Positions 26,996 to 40,726 of a DNA stretch of 64,000 nt are shown piece after piece. This stretch comes from Eledone cirrhosa (lineage: Eukaryota): the NCBI GenBank assembly GCA_964016885.1, contig OZ024750.1:54932001-54996000 (forward strand), written 5' to 3'. How positions within the stretch are numbered: position 1 is the stretch's first letter; each line of letters begins with the position of its first letter. Position numbers and translations under genes: made by a program. Below the pieces are notes generated by a model that searched no databases, was not told the DNA's origin, and worked only from the letters and a program-made list of their open reading frames with translations.

Positions 26996-29900
26996 AATCA
27001 AGATGAGAATGATGATGTAATCAATAGTGATTGATTATCATTATGATTGAGCAATTTATAATCTTATTGGACTAAAACTAAAAGAACTATACCCTGAACA
27101 TTTTTGACAGATATAACAGATACAGTCACACACATATTCGTTAATCTATGTATACTTGAATCTAATTGTTTTGTTTGTTTTTTGTGACACAAATAAGCAA
27201 AATTAAATTCTACAGGCTTCCAATCCTGCTTAATTCTGTTTTAATGCCAGTGTGATTTTGATTTACAATTAATTAAAATTGATTAGATTGTAATTAGATT
27301 AGCTATTCTTGTTATTTTTAATTTTAAGTTTTTTAATTATTAAAAACATTCTAAACTAAAAACTGTTGTTTAACTCTTACGTGATAATATTTCTAATGAA
27401 ATATGCTCTATTTCATTTAATTAATTAAGAATTTTTAGGAATTTACTAAAATTATTATTATTCCATTATTAAGATTACAGCTTAACATATGGGTCTTATT
27501 TAAAATTATGTTGGGATATTTTAATTTAAATAGGAACTGGAGCTAGTTCGGCTGAATTAGTATGAAAAGGGTTATCTCTTTAATCCAATTAAGTATATTT
27601 TTTAGCTGATATGCCTAAATTTCCCTTGTATATATCACAAACTTAATCAGGCTTTATTTGTGTTTGTTTAATATGAAAGAATATTTTAGAATATTTGTTA
27701 CAAAGTTTTCATAATTCTCTAACATTCAACTGTTTTATTTATTTAAAAATCTCAATGATATTTTTTTTTATTACATAGAAAGATTGTCCTTTATTTTAGA
27801 TATTACTATTAGATCAAAAGAAGTTTAGCTAAGGCTTCTCTCACCCTCGTATTTCTAGTTAGCTTATCAACATGTAATTTCGATAACATTACACTGTACT
27901 CTAACTAATTTATTTCATGAAAATATAGACATTTTTATTTTGACTGGATTATAAATCTCTATTTGCTTGTATAGAAGCTCTTAAAAATTTACAGTGTCTA
28001 TTTTAGGGAACTAAAATTAAGACTTATTTAACAATTGAAGTACATATAGTCATTTGAGATAAATATAGACTATGAGGTACATATTGCTTAGGAGGTATAT
28101 ATATATTATAGTTAATTTCAACAGTGACATATATAGGTACTTAATTTTAAACAAAGTCTGTACTACAATATATATATGTGTGTGTGTGTGCATTCAGAGT
28201 AATGGGTTTGTATTTCTAACATACAAACCTTATTATACCATTGAGTGAGTAATAGACGGCCAAAGATGTACCAATTCTCTTCAGCTAGCTTCACAAACCA
28301 ATATATGTATATATATATATATATGTGTGTGTAGAGAGAGAAAGAGAAACCATCATAAGCATTTAAAGCTTCCAGCAATTTTAGTTGATGTATAAAGTTT
28401 TTTGGTTCCCGTTTTAACTTTGTCTGAATATACATTTATCATTGCAGACTAGGTTATATGCTCAAACTAGCAACCATTTTTGGTAAGACCTTAATATGTT
28501 AGCTTTTAATTCTGTGATCATTGTTTAAAATTAAGCTCTTTTTAAACTGAAGATGCTTTTTTAGCTTTAAAAAAATAATCTATAATTTTTGCCTACCATG
28601 CTCAATTGCATCAACGTAAGACTATATCAATAATTTGATATTAAAGAAAGGTATCCTATCCTATCCTATCTTGCATTTTGTTTGTATGTGTGTATGTGTA
28701 CATGTTGATTCCAACAAGACAGATACTGATATCCCCACCACACACACACACACACACACACACACAACAGAGCAACCTACACATGTATATAGACATTGGT
28801 TGTGAGACTGTGATCATGCTGCACCAGGACTACTAAAGCAACAAAAATTTACATCCTGTTGTGTAACTGATCTTCCTAAGGCATAAACTGAATCAGATGC
28901 ATGCTCTAAAAGGTACCAGCTCTTAAGCAGTTAAACCCTAGTTAGCTTTAGAAATAAATTAGTTCCACTGAAAATAATGGGAAGCAGTATTATTTGTTTA
29001 TTTATTTGAAAGGGAGATCTTTATTTACTTATTTCAAATTATTTTATTTTGATTTAATATTTTCTCCCAACTGCTTCTGTTTTCCTCTATCAATGCACCC
29101 ATACAAGTTAATATATGTCCAGCACCCCTCCCCTTATGGTTTTTTTTTTTTTTTTTTTTTTTTTTGCTGATTCTTAAGCAGAAATGTTCTGCTCAGCAAA
29201 TGATATGTTTGGCATCAAATTCAAACAACTGTTTCATTTGCTTACGTGTAAGATTAAAATTGTGTTGTATAACTTACTACATATGTGTGATTCAATAGTT
29301 AGATGTTCCCAGAGATCTACTTCTGACTACTTACTTATACACCTGCCATAGTTCATCTCCATGGCAAGTTTCCCCCTTCATTTTATAAACAGTGAGTGTT
29401 GTTCTTGTAGCCATTGTATATAAGTGATATGATCTGTGATCCTCTACCTTCTACGAAGGTTGTACTTGTTCATGTAGGAGACTATACAAGGCCTTTCAAA
29501 ATGGCTCCTTTCTCTTGCAGCTTCTGTCAGTTTTAAAACCCTTTCCTAAGACTTTTCTGCATCAAAGAAGTCTTGTTTAACTAATAAAATTTCTTAGTTA
29601 AAAATATATATATATATAAATGTTTTTTTAATTAATCTTTAGACAGTTATAATTTTGCAGGCAGATTCTGTAATTGTGATTGTTTCTCCCTATCCTAAGA
29701 ACTTCATGGATTAGTACAACCTAAGACCAATGCAACACTGATAGAGAAACTCAACAAAAACAAAAAAAAAACTTATGCTATGTCAAAAGACTTTGTTTTG
29801 CACATTTTGTTTCTGTAACAATTAATGAGTATAGACAAACTTGGTTCGAAAACTCAGGCCACAGATCTCAACATCTTAAACAAGAAGTCTAGGTTCTACT

Positions 29901-30184
29901 TCATATTTGACTTAAACTTTAACAAATCCCTTCATCTTTGATTGTTCAGTTTCCTTGTAACCCTTTATTAAACCTGGTTTAAAAAAAAAAAAAAAGTTGG
30001 TCAAAAATGTGAATAAATTGCTCACTTAGAGATTATTGTAATCATTGACTTGTTCTTTTTGTTTGTTTATTCTTCATGCTACATGCTGGCATTTTGTGTA
30101 TGATTTATCTTTTAGAAAAGTGGATGATGGAGCGTGTCTACCTGAAATGGAAAAAAAACGTTTTTTAAGGTGGTGTTGATATGT

Positions 30185-30835
30185 GACCTGGGTCACATAT
30201 CGACACCACCTTAAAAACAATTGGAGCATTTACATCAGATGTGTCTCAGATGGATCCATGGCGTTCACTGGAGGGACTGCATCAGTGATGTTGAGATTTT
30301 GGAAAGCTCTCTGTGTGACAGTATAGAAGCTCTTGTGCTTAAGCAAAGACTCCGTTGGAGTGGTCACCTTGCCAGGATGAAGGAGTCTAGAATACCAAAA
30401 CAACTCTTATGGTGAGTTAGTTAAAGGAAAGTGACCTCCACATAAACCAAAAAAAGGTATAAGGATTGGTTGATAGACGCTAACATCTCTGCTGATTCAT
30501 GGGAAAATGTTGCTGCTGATCGTAATAAATCGAGAAAGACTATATGAGGGGAAAGTTGCCTTTGGGGCATCTCGAATCGCATATGAGAAAGTAAAGAGGG
30601 ATGTGAGGAAGGGCATTACTGTTGCATTTCCAGACAGCGAAGGTCCTCCTATGACATGCAGCGTCTGTGCAAGGCTCTGCCTCAGTAAAGCTGGACTTGA
30701 AAGTCATCTTCGCAGTCATAAAGTGAGACCAGGCTGCTGTTGGAGATGCTACTCATCATGCCTGCCAAGCATGTGGTAGAGAATATAAATCAGCAGGAGG
30801 GCTCAAACGACATGCAAAAGTACATGAACTCAACC
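30185..30835 (+). mobile_element. degenerate RTE/BovB-like LINE 3' fragment with C2H2 zinc fingers
   Basis: TWVTYRHHLK..LEHLHQMCLRWI..WRD, LRWSGHLARM..RIPKQLL, CSVCARLCLSKAGLESHLRSH. Contains stops and frameshifts. Confidence 0.75.
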
Positions 30836-30854
30836 ACAGCCGACTATTCCCAGT

Positions 30855-31190
30855 GAATGATCTGGCAACAGCCAAGCGCCCTCACGAGGAACATCACCTG
30901 TTACCTCAGGTGTTGGGGTGCTGGCATAGTCAAGTGCCCTCACGCCCATCACCAGTTACCTCGTGTGAGGCAAGGCTGAGGTGCTGGAATAGCCAAGCGC
31001 TCTCATGAAGAGCATCACCAGTTACCTCTTTGATGGCAAGGGTGAGATCCGGCAACAGCCAAGCGCCCTCACAAGGAACATCACCAGTTACCTCAGGTGA
31101 TGGCGAGGGTTAGATCCGGCAGCTCCAAGCGCCCCCCCGAAGAACATCTCCTGTTACCTTGGGTGAGGTGCTGCAACATCCAAGCCACTG
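30855..31190. repeat. GC-richer minisatellite, ~55-65-bp units (agccaagcgccctcac..catcaccagttacctc); related copy at ~32265-32360
   Basis: About five to six diverged units visible. Confidence 0.75.
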
Positions 31191-33094
31191 CCCCAGTGTA
31201 CTGAAATAGTTGTATGGTTCTGTGTTCAGAACACTATTCTGCCACTTTTTCCTCACCAGAATGACAATCTGGGACTTGGACAGGTGCATATCTGAGACGT
31301 AGGTCCACATCTTCCCCGGATTCATCCTAACCCTTAGGTTGGTTGCTATCAAGTTGGCCTGCAGCAGGCTGTCTCTCAGTACTCTTCCATTTCGGTTGGT
31401 GTTGTTAGGGAATTACCAGCGAATTACCAAAAGTATAAACAATTATTTGATTCTAAGTTGTTCAATAAAGAAATATATCTATCTATCTACCTACATATCT
31501 ATTTATCTATCTCAAAACCTTTTGCAACGTCTATCTTGAGATGTCACACACACTCTTCCTCCATAAGATGCATGTTTACCAAGGGGAGATAATTACATGA
31601 TTGACTTTATGACACACGTGCGTACACACCCAAACAAACCTAGACACACCCATATGCAGCAATGGTAGACGAACGGCGGTGAAAGTTTGATAAGCGTCAA
31701 CGTAACAATTGTTTACTAAGTTGTGTTTCATTGTTTGAACAAATGGACCACTGTATTCTCCAAACTTTTTTTAATTTCTTCTTACCCTCCTTTCTCGTCA
31801 ATGGAAGCAAATAAGACATTTATTTTACAAGAGAGTCACTTCAGAAAATTGCGTTATCAATATTGATACAGCGCATAATAGTGATAACCATTTCAATGCA
31901 ACAACTAACTTAAAGAACAATAATATTAATGATATAAGGAAAAAGAGTTCAGAGGAAATTTAACAGAAGAAATGAATTAAGAGAGGAAACTAGAATTTCT
32001 CACAATGAAGCAAGACGAAGACGAAGGTATGCTAAAATGCGTAGTTCTGTTAAATATTTAATTGGTTTTATTTACAGGTGTTTAAATAACATTACAAATT
32101 GTTCACATTTCTTTCAGAATGAAAATAAAAACACATATAATACAATGTGTATAAAAATATCTCTATTTGATTTCTAGCTTTGAAAAACTCTCACAATTTA
32201 TTTATGAAAATGCAAAGGAAGGATTCAGCGAGGAGTACTGGGCAATCTCTCTAATGATTTTTGAGGCAAGCCAGCACATTGGCAGTGTTACCTCGGGTGA
32301 TGGCGAGGCTTAGGTGCTGGAACAACCATGCGCCCTCGCCAGATTCGCCAGTTACCTCTGTTTATTTGCGAATTTACTGGGGTGTAGCGACTCTATCCAC
32401 TCTCACCTTCCTTCTGAAATGGTACTTAAAGAAGGGGATGAGTTTTTGTCCGGAGAGAAAGGTGTTTGCCCTGATAGATAGATAGATAGATAGGTAGGTA
32501 GGTATATAGATATCTTTCTTTATTTGCCACAGCGACGTACTATAGATAGATACAGAGTTATAAATAGAGCTACAAATCAATGTGTGTGTGTGTTGTAGAA
32601 ACTAAGTTTATTTTGCTGTCATTTCTAGCAAGACAAGTTACCACAACATGGTCGTTAGGTCGTGTACGACAGCAGGCATACAGACAGATAGAGAAAGGGC
32701 CAACTTCAATCACTCTTCGTCTCATCCATCATTTCCTCTTACCACCGGATTCTGTTACCCGGAGAGGCGATATCCAATTTTAGCGGCCTAAATGCCGCTT
32801 ACTTGCTGTAGTTGCTGCTTACTTCAATGTATGAGGCTATTCCAACATATTTACATTCCCTTTTTTTTAGCCGTTAAAAGAAATATAGATTTATTTATTG
32901 TTTTTTTTTTTTTGCTATTTATTTGTTGCCACGTTTTTGTTTGTTTGTTTGTTTTTTTGCGACCTTTCTGCCAGGGAGCACAGAGAGAAGGGGGGGGGGG
33001 TGCTCCTTTCTCTTACCTGTACAAACCATTTGTTGGCCGGCGACATATCCCCACAGTTTCCTCGTTCTTTCATACTTATCCCCTTCAACTACAC

Positions 33095-33230
33095 ATGGAT
33101 ATTTGTCTTACTGTGGAGAAGGAATTAGAAACAGTTTTATCAAAATTCACTGCTATTCGGGAACATACAAAGCGAACTTTGGGTGACATACCAACTTCTG
33201 TTGATAATATAAGGAAAGAAATCAGTGAAG
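33095..33230 (+). CDS. RMND5: first coding exon of an RMND5/Gid2-like E3 ligase subunit (CTLH/GID complex)
   Basis: MDICLTVEKELETVLSKF matches the RMND5A N-terminus as I recall it (MDQCVTVERELEKVLHKF). It ends at a phase-1 donor GAAG|GTATTT. No later exons were recognised in the window. Confidence 0.72.
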
Positions 33231-33489
33231 GTATTTATTACATTTTGATTGCATTTTTATTACAACCACTAATACTTACAATTATACCGAGGGGTCCTGC
33301 CCGTTCGGGAAAGGCTCTACAGACACGCATTTAATCATCATCATTTTAAGTCCGCTTTTTCCCTGCTTCCAAGGGTGGGACGGGAACTGATTCTGGCTAG
33401 ATTTCTACAGCTGGATGCCCTTCCTAACACCAACCTCATTTACAGTGAGTGCTGGGTGCTTTTTTGCCGTGGCACCTCCACGACTACTT

Positions 33490-33668
33490 TGCAGTGGAAT
33501 GATATGGACCCCAGTCCCTATCATCTCATTTCTACAGCTGAGTAAACTGGAGCAATGTGAAATAAAGTGTCTTGCTCAAGGAAACAACACATCACCCGGT
33601 CTGAGAATTGAACTCACAACCTTTCGATTGCCAGGCCAATGCTCGAACCACTAAGCCATGTGCCTCCA
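33490..33668 (-). mobile_element. tRNA-derived SINE fragment (copies at ~39430-39605, ~45380-45555, ~51325-51495)
   Basis: Minus strand ggaggcacaTGGCTTAGTGG..GAGTTCAATTC..ccttgagcaagacact..tgctccag. Confidence 0.7.
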
Positions 33669-34185
33669 TATACATATACATATACATACACATACATATA
33701 CATACATATATATATACATACATACATATATACATATACATACATACACATACATACACATATACATACATATATATACATACATACACATACATACATA
33801 TATATATATACATAATATAAATATACATACATACACATACATAAGCATATACACATAAGTATATATACATATACACACGTATATATACATATACATACAT
33901 ACATATATACATATACATACATATACATACATATATACACATACATACATATATACATACATACACACATATACATACATATATACATATACACATACAT
34001 ACATATACATACATATACACATACATACATATATATATATACATACACACAAATATATACATACACACACATATATACAAACACATACATATACACATAC
34101 ATACACATACATATACATACATATACACATATACACTCATATATACATATACATACATACACACACATACATACATATATACATA

Positions 34186-34732
34186 AAGACAAATCCACCT
34201 CATCGACGAGAATGCAAGGGCTCCTCCTCTTTGTTTCGGCCGCGGATGGCTAACATAACCCCATCCCCGCTCCCCACCGCTCCCACCCTCCAAACGCAAT
34301 CCAAAACTTCAGAGTTAGTACCATGAATGTAGGCACCTTAAAGGGTGGCTCTAACGAGGTTGTAGAAATGCTTGAACGTAAGGAGGTCGATGTTTGTTGT
34401 ATTCAAGAGACCAGGTGGAGGGGTGGGTCTGTTAGATTCATCGTGGGTAAAGAACGATGCTATAAGCTTTTCTGTGTGGGAAATGACAATGGGCTGGGTA
34501 TACACATACCACCCCACCACCCCACCGCAAAGTGGTCGTGGAGGCGCCGCGGCCAAAAAGCACCCAGCCCACACTGTAAAGCTGACGTGGAGGTGCCACG
34601 GAAAAAAAAAAGCACCCAGCACTCACTGCAAACGGGGTTGGCGTCAGGAAGGGCACCCAGCTGTAGAAACCAATCCAGAATCAGCTCCCACCCCACCCTT
34701 GCAAGCATGGAAAAGCGGACGTATGATGAAGT

Positions 34733-34737
<5 letters not shown>
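34186..34737 (+). mobile_element. internally deleted RTE: EN N-terminus fused to 3' UTR/tail (one per unit)
   Basis: [24 protein letters not shown] is followed directly by the RTE 3' motif aggaagggcacccagctgtagaaa..tgcaagcatggaaaagcggacgt and a GAT-type tail. Confidence 0.75.
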
Positions 34738-34813
<76 letters not shown>

Positions 34814-36682
34814 TATATATATACACATATATATATACACACATATATATCAGTGTACATATATATATACATATATATAAATATAAATGAATATTTATTC
34901 AATTTAAAGCGCCAATTATCTATATATAACAAGATATGAATTTTTCTAGGGATGGAGAAATTTTCAGTTTGTTTTTATAATTTCACTTCATTTTTTACTT
35001 TCTATTTAATACAGTCTTTGATCCAATATAATCCTGACAGTATTTGAACCAGTTTACCTCATATATATGTATGCACACACAACACTCAAGTTTCGCCATC
35101 TACTGCTATTTCATTCATATTTATTGTTTAATTAACTCTGGTCTAATTCATCAACTATTGTTAATTATATTATTACGTAGATTTCTTATAAAATCTAGTG
35201 CATATATACGTGTATATATACAGGGAGACACTGTAATAGATGTAAAGAGAGTGGGAGATAGAGTTATAGAAGTAAAGAGAGGGGGAGAAATAAGCGGTAG
35301 ATAGAGTAATAGATGTAAAGAGAGGGTTAGAACGTTCAACTTGACAGTCAGTACAATGTTCAGCATGGTAGCCAGTACATATGCCAACTACCCAACCGGC
35401 CAGCCAGCCGTATTTGCGGTTGACTGGCCAGTTGGGCGGTTGGTATGTGGAACGTTCAACTACGCAGTCAGTACCAAAGTTCAACATTGTAGCCAGTGCA
35501 TATGCCGATCGCCGCGCCCTCTTTGCTCTATTTCAATGACCTGGAACTAAGTAAAAAGAGTAGGAGATAACTCGACAAGAGCGGAGAGGGTGAGATTCGA
35601 ACCATGTTAAAGTCGTTGGCTCCTGAAGTTCGTAAGCGGGGCTGCTACTGACCGAGCAACGCCGGCAGCAAGGCAAATCGCGCAAAAAATAACGCTTATA
35701 TCGACAAAAAAACAACAAAAATTTCAATGTTGCACTCTTGTTTGTTGTTCTTTTATTTTACGTAAACATTTCGCTGCTCTAGCCTCTTGTTTCCTATTAG
35801 ATTACACTTAATTCCATTAAACATTCATTCTTAGTCTCGTGGTAAACTATTTCATCTATTTTTATATCGCTGTTACAGCCTTTTATTTCTACATCTATCA
35901 CCTATAGCCACTGTTACGCCGGTAGTATAAGTAGCTTTATAACAAGAAACGATGATATAACTCCACAAAATGTCTTCTTGAGCAAGACACTTCACTTCAT
36001 GTTGCTCCAGTACACCGAGTTACACATAGACAGATACATACATACACATATATATGTACACAGATAGAAATAAGAGGGAGATAGAGTAAAAGATGTAAAG
36101 ATAGTGTAAAAGATTTAAAGAGAGGGTGAGAGTGTGACACACATTTATCTGTCTATCTCTCTCTATTTTAACACCGGTCGTTATAATTAGTTTTATAACA
36201 CCGCTATATTACCGACATGAAAGAGGTAAATAATTATTTCTTAAATGTTTAGAACATGTTTCTCTTGTCTTCTTAAATGTATAGAACATGTTTCTTATTT
36301 ATATTCTTAACATAGCTAGGACCTTATCTCATTTACTGGTCTCTACTTTTAGGATTTTGCTGGTCCCATGTGCCCTCCATGAAGACACACACGTCCTTCT
36401 CTCTGAGCCCCCCGTACTAATTACTACACATACGTATATATATTTATTTTAAGAAACCTTAATGACAAATAATATAAAGTGTTTGTAAAGTGGGGAAGAG
36501 TAGTTTTACGGTGGGGTTGTTATATAGATATCGTTTTTGCAGTGGGGTTGTGACTGGCGTATAATAACGAGTCACTGTTGATGTATATACAAATCCTGTT
36601 TTGGATATAAGTGAAGTTATTTAAGAGATTTAGTTGTTTTGTATACATTCCAGTTGTTGTCTCCCTGTTTCTTCTTCAACAA

Positions 36683-38590
36683 CTATAACGGTACGCGATG
36701 GGGCCCACCCACAGCCACGGCGGACAGAATGGAGAAGGCGTTTCCTCGGAGCACGGCAAGGGAGACGCGCTGGAAAAGCCACTCCAACTCGCGGGGCTCA
36801 CACCTGCGGCTGGCCAGCTCAGCGCCTGTGGTGGTGAGTAAAGAGGTAGCCCTGGGGCTGAGGACACCAGAAGTCTCCACTTCCAGGGGTACGACCGCAA
36901 ACCTGTCGGAGAGTGAACGATATGTGAGGAGTTTGGCCCCCTCAGCCTGACGTGCAGCAGAACCTGGGCCAGTCGCAGACTGCACCAGGTTGCGGCTGCA
37001 GAAAGTGTCGGTGCAAGTGGCATCCCAGACGAGGGGTTTGCCACCGCGGAACGGGAAGATGGTCATGCCATCTGGCCTTTTGCCATCCCCTGGAAAGCGG
37101 GTGGAGGCCGAAAGAGTCCATGGTGGAACGGCAGCGACATTGGTGTGAGGCCGAGCCTCAGGGAAACGCCGATGCGCAAGCTATGGTTGTCTAGCTGCGT
37201 GCGAGTGGAGAAGGAGGGCAGGGCATGGAGCCAGGCACCACTGTGGGGTTTGGAGGCCGCACGAAAACATACAAGGCGGTGCTGGTCGAGCTGGCGCGTG
37301 AGCCTGTCTGAGGCCAGGCTGCACTGGATGGCATCCCAAGTGTGTTGGGGGGACTTGACGTCAACAGGGGGAGAAGGAGGAGGTACGTCTACTGGGCTAA
37401 GTCCCAGCCAGTCCCACGTCTCACAGGCGGCCACGCGTTCTCTGAACACAGAGGGTTCTGTTGTGTTTTGAAGAACCCTGCTGAGGAGGACGTGGTACTA
37501 GGTTACCGACGAAAGATACGCCGGCAAAGCTAGTGAGATCGGGGACTGGAGGCGAAGGCCGCCAAACCCGACAGGTAAAGTTGCATATCTCATTGGCTGC
37601 TGCTCGGATACAAGTTTAGGTGTAGCACAGAGTGTATAGAGGAGCTTCGGCATGGCGTAGCAGTTCCTCAGCAGAAAGAAAACTGGGTGGCCATCAATCA
37701 AGCCCAGTCGGCTCGTGAGAGTCTGGACTTGATGGAGGAGCGGATGGCCGGCGGGTGGATCGGTGAGGGCATCCTCCTTGGGGGTCACCTGAACCTGGCG
37801 GAGAATGGACCGCACGTCCAAGACGGAGACTGCAAAGCTTGCAGCATCGAGGCTGACATTCACCACCTCCGACTTGGCTGAGTTGACCTGGAGGTCGATT
37901 CCCGCCAGGGCAGGAACCACCGATTGAAGGTCATGGCAGACCGCCTGTACGGGCCCACCCAAAGTAGCATCATCCAGATACCAAACGTTGAGAGAGGCCG
38001 TTATACTCCGGGCGATGTGGTCAATACCAAGGGTGAACAGGAGGGGTCCCAAAGGGTTGCCCTGTTGGATCCCAGTAGCCAAGGGTATGACCGTATCAGC
38101 AGCAAGGCGCATGCTTGGGGCTCCATATGACAGGTAGGCAGAGGGGGCTCGGCTGAGGCAGGCCTCGAGCAGATGATCCCAGCGTAAAGAGTTGAAGGCA
38201 TTCCTCATGTCAAACTTGACAATGAGGTGGCTGGAGGCCCTGGATGCCGGTTCCGAGTGTTACGGACTTGCAGATTACCTTGGCAGCCAGCCTCCGGAAG
38301 ACATTGCCCACAGCAATGGGGCGTATACCATCCTTTTCTTCCTGAGAGCGGTGAGGCTGGCCGAAAAAAAGAGGCCTCGAGCATAAGAGTCCGGGGCGCC
38401 ATGGATGAGCCTATTGGTGAGCGCCACAATTGCACTCAGAAGGCGGCGCCCGGCCTCAGCGGAGAGGGGAGATATAAACTCCTTGAGGAGGCCTGGTCAG
38501 AGACCATCAACATCTCTGCAGCTGCTAGCTGGGAAGGACCTGATGGCGGACATGATGTCTGCATCAGAAGCCACAAGGAGCAAGTGTGGA
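36683..38590 (-). mobile_element. degenerate CRE-like non-LTR retrotransposon (RT plus restriction-like endonuclease), unit 1
   Basis: RPIAVGNVFRRL, AFNSL, GIQQGNPLGPLLF, WYLDDATL, LPV..GGL, SGAWLHALP, LRLG, PDGMT..LVWDATC, VETSG, FQRVSLAVLRGNA. Frameshifted. Confidence 0.8.
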
Positions 38591-38639
38591 TTACAATACA
38601 AAACCTCTGAGAATGATTTCTAAGATATTTCACCATAAT

Positions 38640-38940
38640 TAATTTTCATCAATATATATTAATATTATTATTGTTTATTAGGTCAGGTGGATTGGCCAGA
38701 ACAATTCTACTCTTCTTTTTTAGATGTCACGATTTTTCATGGCATTCCTGAGATCATTAATCTCCAGCTGGAGATCCAGAGACATCTGATGTATGTAGGT
38801 GAACCTCAGTCATCCCACTTGGGTCTTACTATGTTTAGGTATCCACCACAGGAGCCAGCTCATCAGGTCATCCTACCCTCAGCAGCAATGTCCAGCATCT
38901 ATTGACTTCCGCTCCCTAGTTATTGTGGTAATCTTCGATA
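38640..38940 (-). mobile_element. old LINE C-terminal fragment (one per unit)
   Basis: Minus-strand AGHC..LLWWIPKH..FTYIHQM..D..LRNAMKNRD with stops. Confidence 0.5.
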
Positions 38941-39034
38941 TCTGGGAATATATTTCTTCTGCTTAAGGGAGTAATAAATATATAGTTTTAAAAAAAACAT
39001 ATATATACACACACATATATATATGTTGACATTT

Positions 39035-39182
39035 ATAAGAGTTCTCTATCAAAAGCCTTCTCTATGTCCAAAGCTAAGTATAGTGGCTTATTTTTCTCTA
39101 AGAACCTCTTTTGTAGTTGTCTCACTAAGAAGAGGGCATCTGTTGCACTTTTCAGCGGCACAAAACCAAACTGCATCTCATA
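39035..39182 (-). mobile_element. RTE RT fragment (one per unit)
   Basis: EMQFGFVP.KSATDALFLVRQLQ..KPLYLA.DIEKAFDR. Confidence 0.75.
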
Positions 39183-39234
39183 CACATACATACATATACA
39201 TACATACATACATATACACATACATACATACATA

Positions 39235-39276
<42 letters not shown>

Positions 39277-40653
39277 TTCGTTTTAAGTCCGCTTTTTCCC
39301 TGCTTGCAAGGGTGGGACGGGAACTGATTCTGGCTTGATTTCTACAGCTGGATGCCCTTCCTAACACCAACCTCATTTACAGTGAGTGCTGAGTGCTTTT
39401 TTGCCGTGGCACCTCCACGACCACTTTGCAGTGGAATGATATGGACCCCAGTCCCTATCATCTCATTTCTACAGCTGAGTAAACTGGAGCAATGTGAAAT
39501 AAAGTATCTTGCTCAAGGAAACAACACATCACCCGGTCTGAGAATTGAACTCACAACCTTTCGATTGCCAGGCCAATGCTCGAACCACTAAGCCATGTGC
39601 CTCCATATACATATACATATACATACACATACATATACATACATATATATATACATACATACATATATACACATACATACATACATACACATATACATAC
39701 ATATATATACATACATACACATACATACATATATATATATACATAATATAAATATACATACATACACATACATAAGCATATACACATAAGTATATATACA
39801 TATACACACGTATATATACATATACATACATACATATATACATATACATACATATATACACATACATACATACATACATACACACATATACATACATATA
39901 TACATATACACATACATACATATACATACATATACACATACATACATATATATATATACATACACACACATATATACAAACACATACATATACACATATA
40001 TACACATACATACACATACATATACATACATATACACATATACACTCATATATACATATACATACATACACACACATACATACATATATACATATACATA
40101 CATAAAGACAAATCCACCTCATGGACGAGAATGCAAGGCTCCTCCTCTTTGTTTCGGCCGCGGATGGCTAACCCTAACCCCATCCCCGCTCCCCACCGCT
40201 CCCAACCTCCAAACGCAATCCAAAACTTCAGAGTTGGTACCATTAATGTAGGCACCTTATAGGGTGGCTCTAACGAGGTTGTAGAAATGCTTGAACGTAA
40301 GGAGGTCGATGTTTGTTGTATTCAAGAGACCAGGTGGAGGGGTGGGTCTGCTAGATTCATCGTGGGTAAAGAACGATGCTATAAGCTTTTCTGTGTGGCA
40401 AATGACAATGGGCTAGGTATACACATACCACCCCACCATCCCACCGCAAAGTGGTCGTGGAGGCGCCGCGGCAAAAAAGCACCCAGCCCACACTGTAAAG
40501 CTGACGTGGAGGTGCCACGGAAAAAAAAAAAAGCACCCAGCACTCACTGCAAACGGGGTTGGCGTCAGGAAGGGCACCCAGCTGTAGAAACCAATCCAGA
40601 ATCAGCTCCCACCCCACCCTTGCAAGCATGGAAAAGCGGACGTATGATGAAGT

Positions 40654-40726
<73 letters not shown>

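Noticed and set aside
31500-32230. Possible Helitron or small exons (gaag|gtatgc donor, tttcag acceptor)
   Set aside because: No recognisable protein motif or terminal hairpin-CTRR end that I could support.
35588-35606. B-box-like GGTTCGAATC on the minus strand suggesting a tRNA gene
   Set aside because: No cloverleaf or properly spaced A box found.
40168-40181. taaccctaaccc telomere-like motif
   Set aside because: Only two units, within RTE 5' sequence; not a telomeric tract.
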